Part shown: piece by piece, positions 21,183-31,044 of the stretch
Numbering within the stretch: the first letter of the stretch is position 1
Layout: every line of letters starts with the position of its first letter
DNA from: an uncultured Candidatus Rokubacteria bacterium
Lineage (GTDB): Bacteria > Methylomirabilota > Methylomirabilia > Rokubacteriales > CSP1-6
Assembly (NCBI GenBank): GCA_963754315.1
Contig: CAVWFS010000003.1
Location: forward strand, 32,001 to 96,000
Length of the DNA: 64,000 nucleotides
Direction of reading: 5' to 3'
Notes under the pieces: generated by a model
Seen by the model: only the letters and a program-made list of their open reading frames with translations
Databases searched by the model: none
What the model was told of the DNA's origin: nothing
Program-made: the position numbers and the translations under genes

Positions 21183-22793
21183 ATGCCCAAGCTCACCATC
21201 GACGGCAAGGAGATCGAGGTGCCCCCGGGCACGAACCTCATCGAGGCTGCGCGGAGGGCCGGGGTAGAGGTCCCCCACTACTGCTATCACCCGGGACTAT
21301 CGGTGGCCGGGCAGTGTCGCCTCTGCATGGTCGACATCGAGAAGGCGCCCAAGCCGACCATCGCCTGCAATACCCAGGCGACGGAGGGCATGGTCGTCCT
21401 CACCGAGACGGATCGGGTGCGAGAGACTCGGCAGTCCATCATGGAGTTTCACCTCATCAATCATCCGCTCGACTGCCCCGTGTGCGATCAGGCCGGGGAG
21501 TGTTTCCTCCAGATCTACTACATGAAGCACGGCCTCTACGATCCGCGCATGGTCGACGAGAAAGTGCACAAGCCAAAGGCGGTGCCGCTCGGACCTCACG
21601 TCATCCTCGATGCCGAACGCTGCATTCTCTGCTCGCGCTGCGTCCGCTTCTGCGACGAGGTCACGGGCACCGGGGAGCTCGGGATCTTCAACCGGGGCGA
21701 TCACTCGGAGATCGGGCTCTTTCCCGGCACGACCCTCGACAACAAGTACAGCGGCAACACGGTGGACATCTGCCCGGTGGGTGCCCTCACCGATCGCGAC
21801 TTCCGCTTCCAGGTCCGCGTGTGGTATCTCGACACCGCCAAGTCGATCTGTCCCGGGTGCGCGCGCGGCTGCAACATCGAGGTCCACGTGAACCGGCGGC
21901 GACCACACCACGCCCAGGGCCGTCGAGTGGCGCGCCTGAAGCCGCGATTCAATCCGGACGTGAACCGGTGGTGGATATGCGATGCCGGACGCTACGGGTT
22001 CGGCGCCGTCGATGACCCGAGCCGCCTCACCCACCCCGCGCGGCGCTCGGGCGGGACCGCCAAGATGGTGACCTGGGAGGAGGCGATCGCCGTTCTGGCA
22101 GACCTTCTCCTGACCGGCGCCGGCACGCTTGGTATGATCGCCTCGCCCACCCTGGCCAACGAGGACCTCTTTGCGCTGCGCCGCCTGCTGGAGGCACGCG
22201 CTCTGACCCGCATCGGCTTCCGGGTGCCCCCCGCGTTGGCAGGGGATCAGGACGACTTCCTCATCCGCGCCGACAAGAATCCGAACACGCGCGGGGCCGA
22301 GCTGATGGGCCTCGACGGCGATGTGGCCGCCATCCTCGCCGACGCACGGGCGGGGCATCTGGACGCCCTCTGGGTCTTCCAGCACGATCTCTTCGACAGT
22401 GCGTGGCCGGAGGCCGACGTGGAGGGGGCTCTGGCTGCCGTGCGAACACTCGTGTTCATGGGAACCAACACCAACCGGACCAGCGCGCGGGCCCACCTTG
22501 TCTTGCCGAGCGCGGCGTGGGTGGAACGGGACGGGACGTTCACGAACTTCGAGGGACGAGTGCAGCGTTTTCGGACGGCCGTGGAGCCGCTCGGCGAGGC
22601 GCGGCCGGTGTGGGCAGCCCTGGGACAGCTGCTGGCCGTGGTCGGTGCCGACCCGCAAGCCTCCCGCACCGCGCACTGGTTTCGCATGCTGGCCACGACC
22701 GTGCCCGCCTTTGGCGGCATGACCTACGAATCGATCGGCGACAGCGGGCAGACGATCCTGGCCGCGGGCTCGACCGCCGAGCCGCGCGGGTGA
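21183..22793 (+). CDS. nuoG: NADH-quinone oxidoreductase subunit G (short, 536 aa)
   Basis: PHYCYHP...GQCRLC, NHPLDCPVCDQAGEC, CILCSRCVRFC...CPVG, CPGCARGC; GTFTNFEGRVQ. Confidence 0.93.
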   Translation: MPKLTIDGKEIEVPPGTNLIEAARRAGVEVPHYCYHPGLSVAGQCRLCMVDIEKAPKPTIACNTQATEGMVVLTETDRVRETRQSIMEFHLINHPLDCPVCDQAGECFLQIYYMKHGLYDPRMVDEKVHKPKAVPLGPHVILDAERCILCSRCVRFCDEVTGTGELGIFNRGDHSEIGLFPGTTLDNKYSGNTVDICPVGALTDRDFRFQVRVWYLDTAKSICPGCARGCNIEVHVNRRRPHHAQGRRVARLKPRFNPDVNRWWICDAGRYGFGAVDDPSRLTHPARRSGGTAKMVTWEEAIAVLADLLLTGAGTLGMIASPTLANEDLFALRRLLEARALTRIGFRVPPALAGDQDDFLIRADKNPNTRGAELMGLDGDVAAILADARAGHLDALWVFQHDLFDSAWPEADVEGALAAVRTLVFMGTNTNRTSARAHLVLPSAAWVERDGTFTNFEGRVQRFRTAVEPLGEARPVWAALGQLLAVVGADPQASRTAHWFRMLATTVPAFGGMTYESIGDSGQTILAAGSTAEPRG

Positions 22794-23887
22794 CGACGGT
22801 CGTCGACCTCGGCATCGTCCTCGGGCGCGTGCTCTTCGTGATGCTCTTCGTCCTGAACCTGGGCGGGGTGCTCACGTGGGTAGAGCGCAAGCAGTCGGCG
22901 ATCATGCAGGATCGCATCGGCGCCAACCGGGCCTCGATCTTCGGGCTTCGCATGATTGGGCTCTTCCACCCGCTGGCGGACGCTATCAAGATGCTGACCA
23001 AAGAAGACTTCCTTCCTGCCCGGGCGGATCGCTTCCTGTTCAAGCTGGCTCCGTTCGTCTCGGTCTTCTTCGCCCTGGTGGCGTTTGGCTCCATCCCGTT
23101 CGGTGACACGTTACGGGTAGCCGGGCGCGAGATCCCGCTGCAGGCCATCACCCTGAACGTGGGTGTGCTCTATGTGCTCGCCATGCTCTCGCTCGGCGTG
23201 TACGGGGTCATGATGGCGGGCTGGTCCTCGGCCAACAACTACGCGCTCATCGGAGGCCAGCGGGCGGCGGCCCTCATGATCTCGGCCGAGATCGCCATCG
23301 GCGCGTCCATCGTCGGGGTGATCATGGTCTACGGGTCCCTCAACATGATGGACATCGTGCGGGCCCAGGGACAGTACTTGTGGGGCTGGATTCCCTTGTG
23401 GGGGATCGTGACCCAGCCCCTGGCGTTCATCCTCTTCCTCACGGCGGGGGTGGCCGCCACCAAGCGCATCCCCTTCGACATGCCCGAGGGAGAATCCGAG
23501 ATCATCGGGTACTTCGTGGAATACAGCGGCATGAAGTTCGGCATGTTCGCGATGGCGGACTTCCTGGAAACCGTGGTGATCGCGGGCATGACGACCGCGC
23601 TCTTCCTGGGTGGCTGGCAGATCCCGTACCTCGCCCCCGACGGGTTCCACTGGCCATGGGGGGCGGCCCTGACCCTTCCGCACCTGGCGGTGGTCCTCCT
23701 GCAGGTGGGGGCCTTCGTGTTCAAGGTTGTGGCCATGATCTTCGTCCTGATGCTCGTGCGGTGGACGCTTCCGCGCTTTCGCTACGATCAGGCGATGCGT
23801 CTGGGCTGGCTCGGGCTCTTTCCGCTCTCCATCGCCAACATCGTGGTCACGGGGGCCGCCATCCTCCTGCTGGGGGGGCGGTCATGA
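22790..23887 (+). CDS. nuoH: NADH-quinone oxidoreductase subunit H
   Basis: ERKQSAIMQDRIG, ADAIKMLTKED, RIPFDMPEGESE, EYSG, PRFRYDQ. Confidence 0.96.
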   Translation: MTTVVDLGIVLGRVLFVMLFVLNLGGVLTWVERKQSAIMQDRIGANRASIFGLRMIGLFHPLADAIKMLTKEDFLPARADRFLFKLAPFVSVFFALVAFGSIPFGDTLRVAGREIPLQAITLNVGVLYVLAMLSLGVYGVMMAGWSSANNYALIGGQRAAALMISAEIAIGASIVGVIMVYGSLNMMDIVRAQGQYLWGWIPLWGIVTQPLAFILFLTAGVAATKRIPFDMPEGESEIIGYFVEYSGMKFGMFAMADFLETVVIAGMTTALFLGGWQIPYLAPDGFHWPWGAALTLPHLAVVLLQVGAFVFKVVAMIFVLMLVRWTLPRFRYDQAMRLGWLGLFPLSIANIVVTGAAILLLGGRS

Positions 23888-24423
23888 ACTTGCGCCAGCG
23901 CTTCTATATAGTCGAGATCCTTTCGGGGCTCGCGCTGACCGCGCAGCACTTCTTCCGTAATATGGGTCGCCATGTGGCGCGGGCCCTCGGGTGGCGCGGA
24001 CCGCGGGGGGCGGTCACCATCCAGTATCCGGAGGAGCGACGGCCCTACGCGCCCCGGCTGCGCTCGCTGCATCGCCTCGTCCGCCGCGAAGACGGCTCCC
24101 CGCGCTGCGTCGCATGCATGATGTGCGAAACCGTGTGCCCCGCCCACTGCATCTACATCGTCGCCGACGAGCACCCCAATCCCGAGATCGAGAAGATGCC
24201 CCAGCGCTTCGACATCGATCTGGGCAAGTGCGTGTTCTGCGGGTACTGCGTGGAGGCCTGCCCCGAGGACGCCATCCGCATGGACACGGGCATCCTGGAA
24301 TTCTCCGCATTCAGCCGGCAAGGGATGATCTACACCAAGGAGACGTTGTTGGCCCTGGAGCCAGCAGGAGCAGACGGAACGCCGCGTTCTCCCGTTCCCA
24401 TTCCCGCGGATAGGACCCTCTGA
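23884..24423 (+). CDS. nuoI: NADH-quinone oxidoreductase subunit I
   Basis: TIQYPEE, CVACMMCETVCP and CVFCGYCVEACP (two 4Fe-4S); ATG 23884 overlaps nuoH stop. Confidence 0.96.
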   Translation: MNLRQRFYIVEILSGLALTAQHFFRNMGRHVARALGWRGPRGAVTIQYPEERRPYAPRLRSLHRLVRREDGSPRCVACMMCETVCPAHCIYIVADEHPNPEIEKMPQRFDIDLGKCVFCGYCVEACPEDAIRMDTGILEFSAFSRQGMIYTKETLLALEPAGADGTPRSPVPIPADRTL

Positions 24424-24914
24424 TGACCCTGGTCGTCTTCCTGGTGGTGGCCGTCACGGCCATCGGCTCCGCCCTCGGCCTCATCCTGAAACGCAACCCC
24501 ATCCACGGCGCGCTCTTCCTGGTGGTCAACCTGGGCAGCATCGCCGTCCTCTACCTCATGCTGGGCGCCGAGTTTTTGGCCCTCGCCCAGGTGATCATCT
24601 ATGCGGGCGCCATCATGGTGCTGTTCGTGTTCGCCATCATGGTGCTCATTCCGGGCAAGGAAGAAACCGGGCCCGATCCCCTCCGCAAGGTACGCGTGCT
24701 AGCCCTGCCCGTGGGCGGGTTGCTCCTGATCATGCTGATCGCGGTGGTGGGACGTCTGGGGGCCAGGCCGGTCCCGTCTGCGCCTGCCCCGGCCGGGGTG
24801 GAGGCCCTGGGGCGGGTGCTCTTCACCGACTACTTGCTTCCCTTCGAGCTGACCTCGGTGCTGCTGCTGGCGGCCATGGTCGGCGTGCTGCTCCTGGCGC
24901 GGCGCAAGGCCTAA
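24423..24914 (+). CDS. nuoJ: NADH-quinone oxidoreductase subunit J
   Basis: [38 protein letters not shown]. Confidence 0.95.
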   Translation: MTLVVFLVVAVTAIGSALGLILKRNPIHGALFLVVNLGSIAVLYLMLGAEFLALAQVIIYAGAIMVLFVFAIMVLIPGKEETGPDPLRKVRVLALPVGGLLLIMLIAVVGRLGARPVPSAPAPAGVEALGRVLFTDYLLPFELTSVLLLAAMVGVLLLARRKA

Positions 24915-24918
24915 CCGC

Positions 24919-25221
24919 GTGGTGCCCGAGTCGTACTACACGGCGCTGTCGGCAATTCTCTTCGCCATCGGGGTGGTCGGGGTGGTCATTCGCCGCAACC
25001 CGCTGGTGATCTTCATGTCGATCGAACTCATGCTCAACGCGGCCAACCTCGCTCTGGTGGCGTTCGCGCACCGGCTTGGTAACCTGGAGGGACAGGTGCT
25101 CGTATTTTTCGTGATGGCGGTGGCGGCGGCCGAAGTCGCCGTCGGGCTCGCCATCATCGTCACCATTTTCCGGCAGCGTACGCGGCTCTCGATAGACGAT
25201 CTCAGTCTCATGCGCTGGTAA
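24919..25221 (+). CDS. nuoK: NADH-quinone oxidoreductase subunit K
   Basis: [31 protein letters not shown]. Confidence 0.96.
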   Translation: MVPESYYTALSAILFAIGVVGVVIRRNPLVIFMSIELMLNAANLALVAFAHRLGNLEGQVLVFFVMAVAAAEVAVGLAIIVTIFRQRTRLSIDDLSLMRW

Positions 25222-25242
25222 GGATCGGCGCAGGAGGAAGGC

Positions 25243-26265
25243 ATGGCCGAGACACGACAAGAGGCCCGGGCAGACCGGCCGGCGATGACACCGTCGCTCG
25301 CGATGGACGGTGAGCTGGCCCGGCATCTGCTCTGGCAGATGATGCTCATCCGCCGTTTCGAAGAGAAGGCGGCCGAGGCCTATGCGCTCGGCAAAATCGG
25401 CGGGTTTCTCCATTTGTATATCGGCGAGGAAGCGGTGGCGGTGGGCGCGACCTCGGTCCTCCGCCCCGACGACTATTCGGTGGCCGCCTACCGCGAGCAT
25501 GGGCACTGCCTGGCCAAGGGCGCAGACCCGCGGCGGGCCATGGCCGAGCTGTTCGGGCGACAGGACGGGCTGTCCAAGGGCAAGGGCGGCTCGATGCACC
25601 TGTTCGACAAGTCCGTCAACTTTCTGGGGGGACACGCCATCGTGGGCTCGCACCTGCCCCTGGCGGCGGGAGTGGGTTTCGCCATCAAGTACCAGGGTGG
25701 AGACCAGGTCATCGTCTGCTACTTCGGCGACGGCGCCGTGCCGGAGGGGGAGTTCCACGAGGCCATGAATTTGGCCAGCCTCTGGAAGCTGCCTGTCATC
25801 TTCCTCTGCGAGAACAACCGCTACGCCATGGGCACCTCGCTCGAGCGGGCCCTGGCCGAGACGGAGATCTGGAAGTTCGGCCGTGCCTACAACATGCCCT
25901 GTGAGCCGGTGGACGGTATGGACGTGTTGGCCGTGCGCGAGGCGGTCGGCCGAGCCGTCGCCCGCGCTCGCACGGACAAGCACCCCACCCTCATCGAAGC
26001 GAGGACCTATCGATTCCGCGGTCATTCCATGCGCGATCCCGCCGGCGCGGTGTATCGCACCAAGGAGGAGGTCGAGCGTGAGAAGGAGCGCGATCCCATC
26101 GTGCTCTTCCGTGACCGCGCCCTCGGGGAGGGGTGGCTTACAGAAACCGACGTGCGGACGATCGAGAAAGACGTCAACGACCGGATCGACGAGGCGGTGG
26201 CCTTCGCCGACGCCTCTCCCGAGCCCCCGGCCGAGTGGCTCTTCACCGACATCTACAAGGACTAG
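25243..26265 (+). CDS. pdhA: Pyruvate dehydrogenase E1 alpha
   Basis: GFLHLYIGEEA, GKGGSMH, GDGA...NN (ThDP), YRFRGHSMRDP; RBS AGGAGG. Confidence 0.95.
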   Translation: MAETRQEARADRPAMTPSLAMDGELARHLLWQMMLIRRFEEKAAEAYALGKIGGFLHLYIGEEAVAVGATSVLRPDDYSVAAYREHGHCLAKGADPRRAMAELFGRQDGLSKGKGGSMHLFDKSVNFLGGHAIVGSHLPLAAGVGFAIKYQGGDQVIVCYFGDGAVPEGEFHEAMNLASLWKLPVIFLCENNRYAMGTSLERALAETEIWKFGRAYNMPCEPVDGMDVLAVREAVGRAVARARTDKHPTLIEARTYRFRGHSMRDPAGAVYRTKEEVEREKERDPIVLFRDRALGEGWLTETDVRTIEKDVNDRIDEAVAFADASPEPPAEWLFTDIYKD

Positions 26266-26269
26266 AGCC

Positions 26270-27265
26270 ATGGCGGTGATGACCTATCGCGAAGCCCTCA
26301 ACCTTGCCCTCCGCGAGGAGATGCGGCGTGATCCGCGCGTCTTCGTGATCGGCGAGGAAGTTGGGCTCTATGAAGGCGCCTACAAGGTCACCCAGGGGCT
26401 CTTGAAAGAATTCGGTCCCGCGCGCGTGGTGGACACGCCGATCGCGGAGTCCGGCTTCACGGGCGTCGGCATCGGGGCGGCCATGGTCGGCTTGCGTCCG
26501 GTCGTCGAGATGATGACGTTCAACTTCGCGCTGCTCGCCATGGACCAGATCGTGAACACAGCCGCCAAGCTCCACTACATGTCTGGCGGACAGTATCACG
26601 TGCCGCTCGTGATCCGCGGGCCGGGAGGGCCGGCCCACCAGCTCGCCGCCCAGCACTCGCAGTCGGTAGAGAGTTACTTCTATCACGTCCCTGGGCTCAA
26701 GGTGGTCCGGCCCTCCACCCCCATGGATGCCAAGGGCTTGCTCAAGGCCGCCATCCGGGACGACAACCCGGTCATCTTCATCGAGTCGGAGACGCTCTAC
26801 GCGCTCAAGGGCGAGGTGCCGGAGGACCCTGAGTTCGTCATTCCGTTGGGGAAAGCCATCGTTCGGCGCGAGGGCCGGGACGCGACGGTGGTCGCCTACA
26901 TGGGGATGATGTATCGGGCGCAGGAAGCGGCCGAGGAGCTGGCCCAGCAGGGAATCGAGATCGAGATCGTCGATCCTCGCACATTGCGTCCCATGGATAC
27001 CGCCACCATCATCGAGTCCGTCCGCAAGACCCACCGGGCGGTGGTGGTGGAGGCGGGCGCTGGCTTTGCCGGGATGGGCTCCGAGATCGCCTCGTTCATC
27101 ACCGAGCAGGCGTTCGACGACCTCGACGCACCGGTCGAGCGCGTCACCGGCGCCAATGCGCCGATGCCCTACGCGCGCAATCTCGAGCGCCTCAAGACGC
27201 CGTCGAAGGAGAAAATCATCGAGGCAGTGCGGCGGGTCTGCGCCGTCAACGGCGCGGGGAGCTAG
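26270..27265 (+). CDS. pdhB: Pyruvate dehydrogenase E1 beta
   Basis: GEEVGLYEGAYKVT, DTPIAE, AAQHSQ, PMPYA. Confidence 0.95.
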   Translation: MAVMTYREALNLALREEMRRDPRVFVIGEEVGLYEGAYKVTQGLLKEFGPARVVDTPIAESGFTGVGIGAAMVGLRPVVEMMTFNFALLAMDQIVNTAAKLHYMSGGQYHVPLVIRGPGGPAHQLAAQHSQSVESYFYHVPGLKVVRPSTPMDAKGLLKAAIRDDNPVIFIESETLYALKGEVPEDPEFVIPLGKAIVRREGRDATVVAYMGMMYRAQEAAEELAQQGIEIEIVDPRTLRPMDTATIIESVRKTHRAVVVEAGAGFAGMGSEIASFITEQAFDDLDAPVERVTGANAPMPYARNLERLKTPSKEKIIEAVRRVCAVNGAGS

Positions 27266-27268
27266 CCC

Positions 27269-28675
27269 ATGGCCGTGACCAAGGTCGTCATGCCCAAGCT
27301 CTCCGAAGCCATGGAGACGGGCAAGGTCATCAAGTGGCTCAAGAAGGAGGGCGATCGGGTCGCGGGGGGCGACATCCTGGCCGAGGTGGAGACCGACAAG
27401 GCCGACGTAGAGATGGAGGCGTTCGGCGCCGGCGTTCTCCGCAAGATCCTTGTGCCGGCAGGTGGCCAGGTTCCCGTGGGTAGCCTCATCGCGGTCGTGG
27501 CCGAGCCCGGTGATGACATCGCCGCGTTGCTGGCCCAAGCCCCAGCGGTCCCTGCGTCAAGTCCTCCCGCCGCGCCCGCGCCGATAGCTGAGACCGGCGT
27601 CCCCGCCGCACCGCCGCCTGCCGCGATCAGTTCCCAGGCTGCGTCGGCCCAGAGCCGCCCCACCGGGCAGCCCACGCCGGCGCCCGCTGTCCCCCTCAAG
27701 GTGGCCGCCTCGACGCCCACTGCCCCCATTGCGCCCACGGTCCCCGCTCAGCCGCCTGCCGCGCCAAAGTCACTGCCTCAGCGGCCCGCAGCGGCCGTAC
27801 CGGTCGCGGGCCCGTCCGCGCCACAGTCGGTCCGCGTCAAGGCCTCCCCATTGGCCCGGAAGATCGCGGCGCAATGGGGCGTCGACCTCAGCCACGTGCA
27901 GGGCAGTGGGCCTGGCGGTCGTATCATCCGCCGCGACGTCGAGGCGGCGGCGAGCACCGTCCAGCCGGATGCGCCGGCAGCGGTCGGCGCCGAGTTCGAA
28001 GATCTGCCGATGTCGCCCATTCGCGCCACCATCGCCCGACGCATGCCGCTGTCCAAGGCGCCAGTCCCGCATTTCTACGTGAGCAGCGAGGTCGCCATGG
28101 ACCGCGCGTGGGTCTTACGCGAGGAACTGAATGCGCTCGAAGGCCGGCCGAAGATTTCCCTGAACGACCTCATCGTCCGCGCCTGCGGCCTGGTGCTGAT
28201 CGAGCACCCTGGGGTGAACGCATCGTTCCAGGGAGAGACGATTCGTGTGTTCCACCGGGCACACATCGGCGTCGCGGTCGCGCTCCCCGACGGGCTCATC
28301 ACGCCCGTCCTGCGTGACTGTCAGGCCAAGTCGCTGACCCAGATCGCCGTCGAGTCGCGCGATCTCGCCGAGCGCGCCCGGGGCCGCAAGCTCAAGGTCA
28401 GCGAGATGAGCGGAGCGACCTTCTCGATCTCGAACCTTGGCATGTTCGACGTCACCGAGTTCTCGGCTATCATCAATCCCCCGGAGGGCGCCATCCTGGC
28501 CGTGGGCGCTGTTCGTCGCCTCCCCGTGGTGGATGCCGCCGGCACCCTCGGAGTCGGACGCCGGATGATGCTCACCTTATCCTGTGACCATCGGGTGATG
28601 GACGGCGCCATGGGCGCCCGCTTCCTGCAAGATCTGAGGCGCGTGCTCGAAGAACCGCTGCGGCTTCTGGTGTAA
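27269..28675 (+). CDS. pdhC: Dihydrolipoamide acetyltransferase E2 (one lipoyl domain, long Pro/Ala linker)
   Basis: VETDKA lipoyl-Lys, ASPLARK...GSGPGGRI, SNLGM, DHRVMDG. Confidence 0.96.
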   Translation: MAVTKVVMPKLSEAMETGKVIKWLKKEGDRVAGGDILAEVETDKADVEMEAFGAGVLRKILVPAGGQVPVGSLIAVVAEPGDDIAALLAQAPAVPASSPPAAPAPIAETGVPAAPPPAAISSQAASAQSRPTGQPTPAPAVPLKVAASTPTAPIAPTVPAQPPAAPKSLPQRPAAAVPVAGPSAPQSVRVKASPLARKIAAQWGVDLSHVQGSGPGGRIIRRDVEAAASTVQPDAPAAVGAEFEDLPMSPIRATIARRMPLSKAPVPHFYVSSEVAMDRAWVLREELNALEGRPKISLNDLIVRACGLVLIEHPGVNASFQGETIRVFHRAHIGVAVALPDGLITPVLRDCQAKSLTQIAVESRDLAERARGRKLKVSEMSGATFSISNLGMFDVTEFSAIINPPEGAILAVGAVRRLPVVDAAGTLGVGRRMMLTLSCDHRVMDGAMGARFLQDLRRVLEEPLRLLV

Positions 28676-28679
28676 CCGG

Positions 28680-30062
28680 ATGCCCACCCACACCGCGGAC
28701 GTGGCGGTGCTCGGAACGGGCCCCGGCGGCTACGTGGCCGCCATCCGCTGCGCCCAGCTAGGTCTCTCCGTCGTCGCGGTGGAGGACGACCGCCCAGGGG
28801 GCGTCTGCCTGAACTGGGGTTGTATTCCTACCAAGGCGCTCCTTCGTAACGCCGAGGTTGTCCACCTCTTCCATCGCGCCGCTGAGTTCGGCATCCGGGT
28901 GACCGGCTTCGAGGCCGACTACGCGGAGGCAGTGCGTCGGAGCCGCCGGGTCGCCGATCGAATGGCCAAGGGCGTGGAATTCCTGTTCCGGAAGAACAAG
29001 ATCACATTGATCTCCGGACGGGGGCGGCTCCTCGGCCCCACGACCATCGAGGTCGCGACCGCGGGCGGGCCCGAGCGGATCGAGGCACGCGCCATCATCG
29101 TGGCCACCGGCGCCGAGCCCAAATCGCTTCCAGGAGTCACCATCGACGAGGAGCGAGTGATGTCCTCCAACGGTGCCGTGCGCCGCGAGCGAGCCCCGAA
29201 GTCTCTCATCGTCATCGGCGCCGGTGCGGTGGGGGTAGAGTTCGCGGACGTCTACAATGCCTACGGCACCGAAGTCACCCTCCTGGAGGCCTTGCCGCGC
29301 CTCCTGCCCATCGAGGACGAGGAAGTCTCAGCTCAGCTGGCCCGCAGCCTGACACGCCGAAATATCGCCCTCAAAACGGGGGTCAAGGTCACCTCCGTGA
29401 AGACGGGGACCGCCGGCGTGGTTGTGGAGACGGACGGCGGCCGTCTAGAGGCCGAACAGATCCTCATGGCGGTTGGACGCGCCGCGCGTGTCTCGGGCAT
29501 CGGCCTTGAAACGCTCGGGGTAAAGCTCGAGCGCGGCTTCGTCGCGGTGTCCCCACACATGGCGACCTCGGTCCCAGGGCTCTACGCCATCGGGGATGCG
29601 GCAGGGCGGCAGCTCCTTGCTCACAAGGCCATGGCTGAGGGGGTGGTGGCGGCCGAGGCGATCGCCGGCCGTGATCCCCGCCCCGTCGACTACACGAATG
29701 TCCCGTCGTGCACCTACTGTCGACCCCAGGTTGCCTCGATCGGCATGACGGAGGCGGAGGCTCGCCAGGGAGGGCGTGAGGTGCGTCTCGGGAAGTTCCC
29801 GTTCACGGCAAGCGGCAAGGCGGTGGCACTCGGCGAGACAGACGGCTTCGTCAAAGTTGTGGCAGATCAGAAGAGTGGGGAGATTCTCGGCGTGCACATC
29901 ATCGGGCCCGAGGCGACCGAGATCATCCACGAGTTCGCCGTGGGGCGCACCCTCGAAGCGACACTGGAGGAGATCATCCACACGATCCACGCGCATCCGA
30001 CCCTCTCGGAGGCGGCCTTGGAAGCGACGCTGGCTGCTCTTGGCCAGGCCATACATCTTTAG
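28680..30062 (+). CDS. lpdA: Dihydrolipoamide dehydrogenase E3
   Basis: GTGPGGY, GGVCLNWGCIPTK, GAGAVG, HAHPTLSE. Confidence 0.97.
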   Translation: MPTHTADVAVLGTGPGGYVAAIRCAQLGLSVVAVEDDRPGGVCLNWGCIPTKALLRNAEVVHLFHRAAEFGIRVTGFEADYAEAVRRSRRVADRMAKGVEFLFRKNKITLISGRGRLLGPTTIEVATAGGPERIEARAIIVATGAEPKSLPGVTIDEERVMSSNGAVRRERAPKSLIVIGAGAVGVEFADVYNAYGTEVTLLEALPRLLPIEDEEVSAQLARSLTRRNIALKTGVKVTSVKTGTAGVVVETDGGRLEAEQILMAVGRAARVSGIGLETLGVKLERGFVAVSPHMATSVPGLYAIGDAAGRQLLAHKAMAEGVVAAEAIAGRDPRPVDYTNVPSCTYCRPQVASIGMTEAEARQGGREVRLGKFPFTASGKAVALGETDGFVKVVADQKSGEILGVHIIGPEATEIIHEFAVGRTLEATLEEIIHTIHAHPTLSEAALEATLAALGQAIHL

Positions 30063-30064
30063 GA

Positions 30065-30198
30065 GTCGGGGGGAGCGAGCGCCGCTCCTCCCCGACACCC
30101 CCCACCGCTTTCGGAACGTCGTCGGGGGGAGCGAGCGCCGCTCCTCCCCGACACCCCCCACCGCTTTCGGAACGTCGTCGGGGGGAGCGAGCGCCGCT
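30065..30198. repeat. 56-bp tandem repeat (2.4 copies), each with a GC hairpin plus C-tract
   Basis: gtcggggggagcgagcgccgctcctccccgacaccccccaccgctttcggaacgtc at 30065 and 30121 (identical); partial third copy at 30177. Confidence 0.92.
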
Positions 30199-30341
30199 AC
30201 CTGCGGGGCTACGGCCTCCTCACGCTACCGCGGCCCGACCCCCCACCATGATTCGAAATGAAGTCAGGGAAGAGAATTGCCACTCGGACATTTCCCGACC
30301 GCTTGCGGATGAAGGCAGGGGAACATTGTGAAGGAGGGCGC

Positions 30342-30614
30342 GTGAGAAACGGGCTCGTGGTGCTGGTACTGATGATGGTCACCGTAGCTTGTGCGAAGCA
30401 GGCTGAGCGGATCACGTGGAGCAAGGAAGGGGACACGGCAACCGCCCGTGCCCACGCGGAGGCCGAGTGCGCGAACGCAGCCAGCAACGCTCGAGCGACC
30501 GTGCCGTACGCCGGAACGATCGCGGGACCGCCGCGTAGCATTGACCTTGCCGGCCAGGGCCGTGAGGGCTACGTCGCATGCATGGAGTCGAAGGGATATA
30601 CAAGGGATGATTGA
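30342..30614 (+). CDS. Small hypothetical lipoprotein
   Basis: RBS AAGGAGGG, MRNGLVVLVLMMVTVAC lipobox-like, two further Cys (AEC...YVACMESKGY). Confidence 0.7.
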   Translation: MRNGLVVLVLMMVTVACAKQAERITWSKEGDTATARAHAEAECANAASNARATVPYAGTIAGPPRSIDLAGQGREGYVACMESKGYTRDD

Positions 30615-30644
30615 CATCGAGGACCGAGCAGTCCCCCAGAACTC

Positions 30645-30684
30645 GTCGAGGAGCGCCTCGGCTCCACCGGGGACGCTCCTCGAC
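30645..30684. repeat. Palindromic hairpin between convergent genes (possible terminator or REP-like copy)
   Basis: GTCGAGGAGCG-cctcggctccaccgggga-CGCTCCTCGAC, 11-bp perfect outer stem. Confidence 0.65.
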
Positions 30685-30695
30685 GTCGGATGTTT

Positions 30696-31040
30696 CTAGC
30701 TGCGTGGCGGTTCGGTGCTTCGGCGGATCTCGTCGCGCATCGCATCTCGCCCCGCCTGAAACGCGTCGCGCAGACGCTGGGTCTCTCCCTCCACCAGATC
30801 GCGGCCCCGATCCAGCCATCCCTCGGCACGACTTTGGACGTCCGTGGCCAGCTCGTGGGCCCGTTTGGCAAAGATCTCGCCGCTTTTCTGAGCTTGCTTG
30901 GCGACTTCCGATCCTTGATCGGCAAGCAATTCCCGGATCTCACGCCCCGAACGCGGCGCCAGCAGAATAGCCGCTGCCGCCCCAACGGCCGCCCCCAGTA
31001 GAAAGCACGCGAACGCTCCACTGCCGTGCTGATCATTCAT
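30696..31040 (-). CDS. YtxH-domain protein
   Basis: FLLGAAVGAAAAILLAPRSGREIR followed by amphipathic helix. Confidence 0.85.
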   Translation of the reverse strand: MNDQHGSGAFACFLLGAAVGAAAAILLAPRSGREIRELLADQGSEVAKQAQKSGEIFAKRAHELATDVQSRAEGWLDRGRDLVEGETQRLRDAFQAGRDAMRDEIRRSTEPPRS

Positions 31041-31044
31041 GACG

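Noticed and set aside
30065..30198. CRISPR or mini-array
   Set aside because: Contiguous identical 56-bp units with no spacers.
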